A stretch of 64,000 bases of DNA from an uncultured bacterium (GTDB lineage Bacteria; Zhuqueibacterota; QNDG01; DTFT01): positions 64,001-128,000 of the forward strand of contig CAVTNR010000008.1 of assembly GCA_963736115.1 (NCBI GenBank). Reading direction: 5' to 3'. The translations under genes were made by a program, and so were the position numbers. Every line of letters starts with the position of its first letter. Positions within the stretch are counted from its first letter, which is position 1. Positions 10,199 through 18,008 of the stretch are shown here, piece by piece. The notes under the pieces were generated by a model, which had not been told where the DNA came from, did no database searches, and was given only the letters and a program-made list of their open reading frames with translations.

Positions 10199-11067
10199 TG
10201 CAGGAAATGTTAAACTGCCCAGATAAAAACCGTATCGAGCTCTTCCTGCTCGGCGGCGTGACCGACGCTGCCGAGGCCGCACGGATTCGCTCGCACCTTT
10301 CCGCGTGCCCGGCCTGCAGGCTGGCCGCGGAAGAGGCCGAAGCCTTTCACCGGGTGGCCGGATCCATTCCCTCCGAACAGATCGACCGGATGGTCCGCCG
10401 GGTGCTGTCCGGAGCCGCGGTCGGGCCGGCCGTCGCAGGACGCGTTCTCGAGCTCAAACCGATGGCCCTGCCGGGGCATTCTCCACGCCGCACGCTCCTC
10501 GCCGCGGATCACGGCCCGACTGGCCGTTTCGAGCCGGTACAGACCTATGCCAATGTCGAGGCTGACCTCGTCGCCAGGCTCCTCAGGGACAATGCGTCCC
10601 GGGAACTGTCGCTCTATCTGGTCGAATCCGGGGGAGAGCCGGCCGCGAACCGCGTTCTCGAGATCGAGGGCCAGGAGGAACAATACGCCGCGGACGAGAC
10701 CGGCCGCGTGGAGCTTCAGGGTTTGTCCGAAGATGAACTGAAGGGGCGGACCCTCCGCATCCGCTCCTCCATCGCGTTTTTCGATCTGGCGCCGGTGCAG
10801 GATCTCCGCGAGCGCATCCGTTTTGAAGGTCATTACGCGCTGCGGAACGCGGAATTCGACGAAATCCGCATTGAGACCGAGGAGGCGGAGGGCCGCACAC
10901 TCACGCGCATCCGGATTGAAAAGATACGCGGAGCCGGGGCGACGGCTGTCGTGGGCGTGAGTGTTTCGAGGCGCGGCGACTCTCCGCTGACCTCGCCCGT
11001 GGTGCGGGGCGCGGCTGTGTTCGAAGAGCTGGACCCGGAGCGGATCCTGAAGATCCGGATTTACTGA
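10192..11067 (+). CDS. Soluble zinc-binding anti-sigma (ZAS/zf-HC2) domain protein with beta-rich C-terminal domains
   Basis: N-terminal Cys followed by HLSACPAC (HxxxCxxC); no TM helix; linker contains RRTLLAAD. Confidence 0.75.
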   Translation: MNLQEMLNCPDKNRIELFLLGGVTDAAEAARIRSHLSACPACRLAAEEAEAFHRVAGSIPSEQIDRMVRRVLSGAAVGPAVAGRVLELKPMALPGHSPRRTLLAADHGPTGRFEPVQTYANVEADLVARLLRDNASRELSLYLVESGGEPAANRVLEIEGQEEQYAADETGRVELQGLSEDELKGRTLRIRSSIAFFDLAPVQDLRERIRFEGHYALRNAEFDEIRIETEEAEGRTLTRIRIEKIRGAGATAVVGVSVSRRGDSPLTSPVVRGAAVFEELDPERILKIRIY

Positions 11068-11120
11068 ACGGTTCCGGCCGACCGGCATCCGGAACCGGGG
11101 CCCGGGGAAACCATGAACGC

Positions 11121-13427
11121 ATGAAAACCATCGAACTCGAACAGGCGCGCTGCCGCCTGGCGGAACGCCTGGCCGGACCCGCTTCCGGCCATGAAAAACT
11201 GACGTTCATCGTCCGCTTTTTCAGGGCCGCCTCCCCGCAATTCAGCGTGGACGCCCTCCGATCGTACCATCTGGAGTTCTCCTCCCCCTTTTTGAAAACA
11301 GCTTCGGCCGCGGCGCTCGCCAACCGGCCTCCCGGATTTCTGCTGAACACGCTCGAATTGGTCCGCGTGTACCGCGAGCGGTTCGCGGACGACACCGCGG
11401 CCGACGATCTCGATCGCGCGGAGCGCGCCTGCCGGCTGGCTTTGCTGGAGACAGCCGTCGTGCTCGGCGAATGGGGGCCGGCCCGCGAATCGCTCGAAGC
11501 CCTGTCCGGCGAACGCCTGCCTGCGGAACCCGCGGACACGGAGGGTTCAGCGTCGCATTATCCCCTTGAAGCCTGCGGGAAACTGGCCGCGAGTCTGATC
11601 GGGCCCTGTCCCGCTGCGGCCGGCATTGTGCAATCCGTCGCGGACCGCTGGTCTTCGGAATTCGGGGGACAGACCGGGGACCGGCTGTGGCTTCTGTTCG
11701 CGCAGAAGGCGGATGAGAACGGGCCGGCGCATTCGGAGCCGGACTGCGGCTTCCTGATCGCGGCCGGACTCCGGACACGGGTCCGGCTCCACCCCGACGC
11801 AGCGGACGATACGATACGGCTGAACAACGACTGGGTGTCCCGATCGGAGCCGTTCCACAGGCTCATCCGGGACGCTTTGACCTCCATGCGGCCCATACTG
11901 GCGAAAACCGGGTATGCGGCGCCTTCGGATCAGCACGGCCACTTTCTGTTCGCCCTGTCCGAAAGGGAGGCGGCGTTTTACGGCAGGTCCCTGGAAGCGC
12001 CCCTGGCCCTTCTGGCCGCGGGCGGGCTGGTGAACGGTTACTACGGCCGGCCGCTCGTCCTGTTCCCAAATAGTACGGCCGTGACCGGCGGCGTGGACGG
12101 AGAAGGCCGCATTCTGCCCGTGGACAAGGACGGGTTGAAGGCCAAGCTTCATGCGGCTTTTTTCTCGCCCCTCAGACGCGTCGTGGTGCCGTGGCCGAAT
12201 CTCCAGGAAGCCGTTTCCGTCATCGAGAAGCTCCGGATTTCCCATCCGAACCGCAGACTCGATCTGCAGAGCGCGGATACGCTCGAAGCGCTCTGGAACG
12301 ACCGCAATGTCGCTGAGGCCGGACGAGTCACGACAGCGGTCAGGCTGACCGCGGGCCTGAGGCGGAACCGGAATCGGATCGCCTGGTCCGCGGCCTGGGC
12401 CGGCATTCTGCTCACCAGCGCCCTTCTGCTTCTGCCCCTGCTATGGCGGGACAGGAATCCCGCCTCGATCGACGTTTCCGGATCGGTGCTCGTGGCGAGG
12501 AGCGCGGGAGGCCGGGAATTATGGAAGTACGATTTCGGTGTCCCGCTGACGCGAAACCGTTATGCGGATCCTTCTCTCCGGGTTCGCGTTACGGATGCGG
12601 ACGGCGACGGCAGGCGGGAGGTGCTGTTCGGAGTCTATGAATCGACCGATCTGGGCGCGCTGAATGGATCGATTTTCCTTTTCAGCGCGGATGGGGATGT
12701 CCGTCTCCGCCTGAAAACGGGGCGGGCCATGAAATTCGGCGGTGCGCTCTACGAGGACCATTACCGCGTGGCGTTCGCGGACGCGGTCGATCTGGACGGG
12801 GACGGAGTGAAGGAGATTGTGTCGATTTCCTTCCATTATCCCGATTATCCCTGCTGCGTGAACGTCTGGAGCCTGTCCGGGGAGAAGCTGGGCGAGTACT
12901 GGCATTCCGGACAGCTGGAAAAGGCTGAGTACATTGACGCGGACGGGGACGGGGTCCGGGAACTGTTCCTGGCCGGTCAGAACAATGAATACCGCTGTGC
13001 CGTACTGGCCGTTCTCAAACCGCCCCGTCTGACCGGGGCCTCGCCCCAGACCCCGGCCGGCCATTACCGGGCGGAAGGGCTCGAAACAGGCGGGGAGATG
13101 CAGTATGTCCGTTTTCCGAAGAGCGTCCTAAGTGAACTGGCCTTGAACCGGGACACGGCTCTACATGCGGAGGAAAACAACGGACGAATCCGCGTGGGTC
13201 TGGCGAATCCGGCCGCATCGGCCGGCGGCACGCAATCTCATTTTATCTATTACGTTTTCGATCCGCGGTTCCGCCTTCTCGACGTGGACGTCGGGGACTG
13301 TTATTTCAGCAGGGTGTTTGAACTCAGGGGAAGGCCCCTGACCGATTCGGAACTGTCCAGGCCCGTCCTCCGTTTTGACGGGAAAGGATGGTCGCAAATT
13401 GAACAGGTTCGGGCCGGGTTGGAATAA
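11121..13427 (+). CDS. Lon (S16)-type protease domain + single TM helix + FG-GAP/VCBS-like repeat ectodomain; no AAA+ module
   Basis: FYGRSLEAPLAL (Ser290) and AVTGGVDGEGRILPVDKDGLKAKLHAA (Lys342) parallel DGPSAG and [25 protein letters not shown] of the Lon in this window. TM helix at about aa 420-442 after RRNRNR; three DxDGDG motifs. Confidence 0.8.
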   Translation: MKTIELEQARCRLAERLAGPASGHEKLTFIVRFFRAASPQFSVDALRSYHLEFSSPFLKTASAAALANRPPGFLLNTLELVRVYRERFADDTAADDLDRAERACRLALLETAVVLGEWGPARESLEALSGERLPAEPADTEGSASHYPLEACGKLAASLIGPCPAAAGIVQSVADRWSSEFGGQTGDRLWLLFAQKADENGPAHSEPDCGFLIAAGLRTRVRLHPDAADDTIRLNNDWVSRSEPFHRLIRDALTSMRPILAKTGYAAPSDQHGHFLFALSEREAAFYGRSLEAPLALLAAGGLVNGYYGRPLVLFPNSTAVTGGVDGEGRILPVDKDGLKAKLHAAFFSPLRRVVVPWPNLQEAVSVIEKLRISHPNRRLDLQSADTLEALWNDRNVAEAGRVTTAVRLTAGLRRNRNRIAWSAAWAGILLTSALLLLPLLWRDRNPASIDVSGSVLVARSAGGRELWKYDFGVPLTRNRYADPSLRVRVTDADGDGRREVLFGVYESTDLGALNGSIFLFSADGDVRLRLKTGRAMKFGGALYEDHYRVAFADAVDLDGDGVKEIVSISFHYPDYPCCVNVWSLSGEKLGEYWHSGQLEKAEYIDADGDGVRELFLAGQNNEYRCAVLAVLKPPRLTGASPQTPAGHYRAEGLETGGEMQYVRFPKSVLSELALNRDTALHAEENNGRIRVGLANPAASAGGTQSHFIYYVFDPRFRLLDVDVGDCYFSRVFELRGRPLTDSELSRPVLRFDGKGWSQIEQVRAGLE

Positions 13428-13459
13428 CCGGTTCCCATCCGGACTGCGGCACGGACCCG

Positions 13460-13481
13460 GGGCCCTTGAGGGCCTTTTTTT
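13460..13481 (+). terminator. Possible intrinsic terminator after the Lon-TM gene
   Basis: GGCCC-TTGA-GGGCC followed by a T run. Confidence 0.5.
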
Positions 13482-13733
13482 ATTGGATTTTCTGCGGCAA
13501 GCCGGGATGTTGCTATGTAAAGGTATCGGCGGGAGCAATCATACGGTCAATCAGGTTGACAAAGCCGAATGTCCATTTACCGGAATTTGAATTTTCACCC
13601 CCCCGGGCCCCCTCCCTTGCACCAGGGAGGGGGCGGGCCGGGGGATGCGGAATCGAAAAGCAGATCCGGCCATCCGGCCAGGAAAGGGGACAGGGAGCCG
13701 GCTGAGCCGGTCGGAGGCCGCCCCGGATCCCGG

Positions 13734-14024
13734 ATGATGCATTTCGAGATGGAACTGCCGGGTGTGCTCAACTGGAAATTCAGCACACTCGATGAGGCCG
13801 TGAGCCGGACCCTTCGGCTGATGATCCGGTCGGTGCCGGTCGCGAGGATTTACAACCTGAATGAGGACGGTGAAAGGGAGGGAATTTCCCTGTGGCTGGA
13901 AAAATGCGGTGTCGCGTGCCCGTCCTGCCTCGAGGATGAAGCCGTGGTCTTGATGTCCGGCATACCGGAGCAGTACGATGAACTGGCGGTGTGCCGGAAA
14001 TGCCAGTGCTCGTTTAAATTATAG
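13734..14024 (+). CDS. Small hypothetical protein with two CxxC pairs (probable zinc ribbon)
   Basis: CPSC...CRKC; GGAGG upstream; followed by a terminator. The ORF-track extension to 13569 looks non-coding. Confidence 0.6.
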   Translation: MMHFEMELPGVLNWKFSTLDEAVSRTLRLMIRSVPVARIYNLNEDGEREGISLWLEKCGVACPSCLEDEAVVLMSGIPEQYDELAVCRKCQCSFKL

Positions 14025-14061
14025 GATCCGTGTAACCTGCCAAGCCTCCTTGTCCTCTGTC

Positions 14062-14094
14062 AAAGGCGGGTTCCTTCGGGGACCCGCCTTTTTT
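14062..14094. terminator. Bidirectional intrinsic terminator
   Basis: AAAGGCGGGT-TCCTTCGGG-ACCCGCCTTTTTT between convergent genes. Confidence 0.75.
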
Positions 14095-14212
14095 ATGATC
14101 GCAATCGGAATCACTGATCGCCCGGGATTTTTATCCCGGGCATAGTCGAAAGAAAAAACTCCCGCGGGTTTTTCATGCCCGCGGGAGTTTTTCGCGATAA
14201 CGCAAAAAGGGG

Positions 14213-15055
14213 TCAGCCCTTGACGCTTCCGAGCGTCAGCCCGGAAATGAGCCAGCGGCTGAGAAAGAGGAAAAGCAGAACCACGGGGATGGACACCACG
14301 ACCGCGCCGGCCGAATACAGGCCCCAGGCCACCTCCATGTTCGACTGGAACATCTTGAGGCCCAGGGGAAGGGTGAACAGCTTCTGGTCCTGAATGATGA
14401 CCGCGGCCACGAGATATTCCGACCAGGCCGCCATGAACGAGAATAGGGCGTTGATGACCAGGGCCGGCGCGGCGAGGGGAAGGACGATTCTCCAGAACAC
14501 GCCCACGCGGGAGCATCCGTCGATGATGGCGGCCTCTTCCAGGCTGACGGGAATGGTGTCATAGAAGCCCTTCATCTGCCAGATGGTGAACGGCAGGGCC
14601 GTGGCGGAGTAGGCGATGATCAAACCCAGGTAATTGTCGTAGGCGCGGACTTTGATCAGCAGAATGAAGAGGGGGAGGAGAAGCATGGTCGCCGGGAACA
14701 TCTGCGTGGTGAGAATGGCGATCATGGAGCCGTTGCGGCCCCTGAACCGGAACCGGGAGAACGCGTACCCCGCTGTGGCGGCCAGGCCCGCGCCGATCAC
14801 GGTGACCACCGCCGAGACCTGCACGCTGTTCCACAGCCAGCGCAGGAAGGGCTCCTGCGTGAACAGCCGGACATAGGTGTCGAGCGTCGCGCCGTCCGGA
14901 ATGATGGCGAGCGACTTGGAAAGCAGGCGGTCGCCCGGACGGAGGGATACGGAGATCACCTGGAGAACCGGCCAGACGGCGAACGCCGTGATGAGCAGCA
15001 GGTAGAAGTGGCTTAGAATCTGACCGGTCCGGGAAAGGTCTCGGGGTTTTTTCAT
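14213..15055 (-). CDS. Sugar ABC transporter permease (MalG/GanQ-like)
   Basis: EAA loop IPVSLEEAAIIDG; about 6 TM helices; start taken at MKKPR. Confidence 0.9.
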   Translation of the reverse strand: MKKPRDLSRTGQILSHFYLLLITAFAVWPVLQVISVSLRPGDRLLSKSLAIIPDGATLDTYVRLFTQEPFLRWLWNSVQVSAVVTVIGAGLAATAGYAFSRFRFRGRNGSMIAILTTQMFPATMLLLPLFILLIKVRAYDNYLGLIIAYSATALPFTIWQMKGFYDTIPVSLEEAAIIDGCSRVGVFWRIVLPLAAPALVINALFSFMAAWSEYLVAAVIIQDQKLFTLPLGLKMFQSNMEVAWGLYSAGAVVVSIPVVLLFLFLSRWLISGLTLGSVKG

Positions 15056-15120
15056 CTTGTTGCTCGTTTGATATTCATGAACCACTTTTCTAAATACGGC
15101 AATCCGAAACCGCTTTCTTG

Positions 15121-15203
15121 AGTTCATAGTTCATGGTTCATCGTTCATAGTCGAAGGAAGCTTGGATTTTTTTCTATGGACCATGAACTATGAACTATGA
15201 ACT
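15121..15203. repeat. Inverted pair of heptamer arrays (AGTTCAT)n...(ATGAACT)n inside the ABC operon
   Basis: agttcat agttcat ggttcat cgttcat ... atggacc atgaact atgaact atgaact. Confidence 0.85.
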
Positions 15204-16093
15204 TAATACACAGACTCCGCCGCTTTCGTCCGGGTGATGAACTTCCAGCTGAACGCCAGCAGAATGACGAAAATCACCATGGAGAACGCGGCCGCGTACC
15301 CGATGCGGAAATACGTGAACGCGCTCTTGTACACCCACGACACCAGGATGTGGGTCTTGTCCGACGGCTCGCCGCCGTTCGACACGAGCCACACCACGTT
15401 GAAATTGTTGAAGGTCCAGATGACGCCCAGCGTGATGGCCGGGACCATGACGGGCTTGAGCAGGGGGATGGTGATGTTGCGCAGGCGGCTCCACCACGAG
15501 GCGCCGTCCATGTCCGCCGCCTCGTACAGCTCGTCGGGAATGCTCTGCAGGGCGCCGAGCGCCACGATCATCATGAACGGGAAACCGAGCCAGATGTTGG
15601 TGACCAGGCAGGCGGCGAATGCCCCCCATTCCGACGTCAGCCAGGGCACTGAAATCCCGAACAGCCGCGTCAGCGTCAGGTTCACGGCGCCGTACTCGGC
15701 GTTGAACATGCCGCGCCAGGTCAGGGCCGTGATGTACTGGGGCACGGCCCAGGGCAGGATGAGGAGGGTCCGGTACACCGACTTGCCCTTGATGTTCTTG
15801 TTCAGAACGAGAGCCAGAGACACGCCGATGAGAACGTGAAAGAAGACGTTGATCACGGTCCAGAGCACGTTTTTGAAGAGGATATAGCCGAAGGTCCGGT
15901 CGGACAGCACCTGAAGGTAGTTCTGCGGGCCGATGAGGCGCCAGTCCCTGAAGTGCGTGAGGCTCATGTTGGAGAAGGAGACCACGACATTGAAGACGAA
16001 CGGGTACACGACCATCAGGGACATGACGAAGAAGGATGGAAGGATGAAGGCTGCGGCGAGGCCGTTCGACTGACCCGGTGCGTTGCGGCTCAT
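15203..16093 (-). CDS. Sugar ABC transporter permease (MalF/GanP-like)
   Basis: LILPWAVP, NIWLGFPFMM and IPDELYEAADMDGA motifs. Confidence 0.92.
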   Translation of the reverse strand: MSRNAPGQSNGLAAAFILPSFFVMSLMVVYPFVFNVVVSFSNMSLTHFRDWRLIGPQNYLQVLSDRTFGYILFKNVLWTVINVFFHVLIGVSLALVLNKNIKGKSVYRTLLILPWAVPQYITALTWRGMFNAEYGAVNLTLTRLFGISVPWLTSEWGAFAACLVTNIWLGFPFMMIVALGALQSIPDELYEAADMDGASWWSRLRNITIPLLKPVMVPAITLGVIWTFNNFNVVWLVSNGGEPSDKTHILVSWVYKSAFTYFRIGYAAAFSMVIFVILLAFSWKFITRTKAAESVY

Positions 16094-16096
16094 GCG

Positions 16097-17377
16097 TCAC
16101 TCCCGGTTTTCACGGATGAGCTTCTCGGCCAGGGCCTGCATGTCGGCTGCGGCGCGCTCGGGGCTGAGGGCGCCCCGAAAAATGGCCTGATAGCCCGGCC
16201 GCATCGCGTCCCAGATCCACCGCATCTCCGTGACCGGCGGCATCAGCCGGCCGACCCGCATCTGGTCCAGCGACGCCGCGGCGAGCGGATCGCCGCTGAC
16301 GACGGGGCTGTCGAAACCGTCCCTGCGCGACGGCAGGGAGACGGAGAGCCGGGTGAAATCGAGTTGAACGGCCGTGGAAGTGAGGTACCGCATCAACGAC
16401 AGCGCGATCTCGCGCTTCTCGCCCTTCGCGTTGACGTTCAACGAATACCCGAGGGGCGAGACCATGGGCGCGGGCCACAGGCCCGTCTCGTCGATTTTCG
16501 GGATGCGGGCGATGCCGATGTCGATGCCGTTCTCGATATAGGTGCCCCACGACCAGGACCCGTTGATGATCATGGCCGCAAGACCGTCCTTGAACAGGGC
16601 GTTGGCGATCTCATAGTCGCATTCCGCGGGGATGATTTTATGCGTGTGCCCGAGCTCCCAGATGAACCGGCAGGCCCTGACCATGGCGGGGGTGTCGAGG
16701 GTGGGGCGGTTGCCGTCGTCGATGATCCAGCCGCCGAACCCGCCGATGAACGGGATCGCGAAGAACGGCTCGGTGTAATTCCAGACCAGCGCGTACCGGT
16801 CCGGTTTGCCGTCTCCGTCAAGATCTTTTGTCAGTTTTTTGCCGACCCGGATGAGCTCCGACATGGTTTCGGGCGGTCTGGAGATGAGCTTTTTATTGTA
16901 CACGAGGCAGAGGTGGTTGCCGACGCGGTCCGCGATCTGATAGAGATGCCCGTCCATTCGGGTATTGGCGGTAAAAGGCTCGGTCAGGAAACTGTCCAGA
17001 AAAGAGGTCTGAAAGAAGGGCTCGAGCGGCTGGATGACCTTCATTTCATGGAAAGGACCGATGTTGTCGCTCGCGCCCCAGAACAGCTCCGGGCCGGATC
17101 CGCCCAGGGCCGAGATGATGAAATTCGTGCGCGCCGTCTCGTTCTGGTAGTACAGCTCCCCGAATTCCCAGCCGGGGTGCCGCTTCCCGAATTCGGCCAG
17201 GTGCCTGCGGAGGAGGTCCGCCTCGACCGGCCGCATGGAATGCCAGACGAGGATGCGATGAGGATCACGCCCGGCGCAGCCGGGCAGGAGAAAGGCCGTC
17301 AGCGTCAGAACCGCGCACGCGGTTATCCCGAAGATCAGGAGCGGGCGTCGGAGGATGTACCGGTCAGCCGTCGTCAT
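16097..17377 (-). CDS. Extracellular solute-binding lipoprotein (maltodextrin/galactan-oligomer family)
   Basis: Lipobox LPGC; LVYNKKL..PPET; AMIINGSWSW; LMPPVTEMRWIW. Confidence 0.88.
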   Translation of the reverse strand: MTTADRYILRRPLLIFGITACAVLTLTAFLLPGCAGRDPHRILVWHSMRPVEADLLRRHLAEFGKRHPGWEFGELYYQNETARTNFIISALGGSGPELFWGASDNIGPFHEMKVIQPLEPFFQTSFLDSFLTEPFTANTRMDGHLYQIADRVGNHLCLVYNKKLISRPPETMSELIRVGKKLTKDLDGDGKPDRYALVWNYTEPFFAIPFIGGFGGWIIDDGNRPTLDTPAMVRACRFIWELGHTHKIIPAECDYEIANALFKDGLAAMIINGSWSWGTYIENGIDIGIARIPKIDETGLWPAPMVSPLGYSLNVNAKGEKREIALSLMRYLTSTAVQLDFTRLSVSLPSRRDGFDSPVVSGDPLAAASLDQMRVGRLMPPVTEMRWIWDAMRPGYQAIFRGALSPERAAADMQALAEKLIRENRE

Positions 17378-17389
17378 GGCGGAAGTCCG

Positions 17390-17806
17390 TCAGATGTTCT
17401 TTCCCGTAGAGGTCATCACCAGCTTGCCGTGCTTGACGCCCTTGGCGCTGAGCAGGGAGTCGGCGATTTTTTTAAGCGTAGCGGCCCGGCCCCGCACGGC
17501 CAGGACTTCGAGGCAGTGGTGTTCGTCGAGGTGAATGTGCATGGCCGAGAGGATCTGGCCGTGCCAGCGGTGCTGGAGCGAGGTGAGTTTTTCGGTGAGT
17601 TCGTGCTGGTGGTGGTCGAAAACAAGCGTTATGGTGCCGACTGTTTCCTCCCGCTCGTCCTTCCATTCCTCCTGCACGAGCCGGTCGCGCACCAGGTCCC
17701 GGACCGCCTCGGAGCGGTTCGCGTACCCGTGGGTTTCCAAAAAGCCGTCGAACCGTTCCAGAAGCCTGGTATCCATGGAGATGCCGAAACGGATGAGTTC
17801 CGCCAT
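17390..17806 (-). CDS. nikR: Nickel-responsive transcriptional regulator
   Basis: RHH domain RFGISMD..LLERFD..GYANRSEAVRDL; Ni site HIHLDEHHCLEV; GVKHGKL. Confidence 0.95.
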   Translation of the reverse strand: MAELIRFGISMDTRLLERFDGFLETHGYANRSEAVRDLVRDRLVQEEWKDEREETVGTITLVFDHHQHELTEKLTSLQHRWHGQILSAMHIHLDEHHCLEVLAVRGRAATLKKIADSLLSAKGVKHGKLVMTSTGKNI

Positions 17807-17902
17807 GCGTCTGCCCCGCTGATCAAAGGTTTCCGGACAGTGACCCGGTTCTTTCCAATATAAAAGAAAAGCCGAAAAAATCAAGCGGTCCTCTGTTTCT
17901 TC

Positions 17903-17931
17903 TTGACATCGGGGAGGCGGATTCTTATATT
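17903..17931 (+). promoter_or_regulatory. Sigma70-type promoter for the TonB receptor operon
   Basis: TTGACA-N17-TATATT. Confidence 0.75.
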
Positions 17932-17935
17932 GTCA

Positions 17936-17962
17936 GTAGCACGATAACTTGAAACGTAACAC
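17936..17962. promoter_or_regulatory. Candidate NikR operator overlapping the transcription start
   Basis: GTAGCAC-N13-GTAACAC just downstream of the -10 box and next to nikR; half-site length and spacing fit NikR operators. Confidence 0.6.
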
Positions 17963-18008
17963 GACAAGTGTCAAAAATTAAAAAACGTATCCTGCTTAAG
18001 GAGTGCCC

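Noticed and set aside
17810-18008. Cobalamin riboswitch upstream of the BtuB-like receptor
   Set aside because: The leader after the promoter is only about 70 nt and lacks a B12 box; a NikR site explains the region better.
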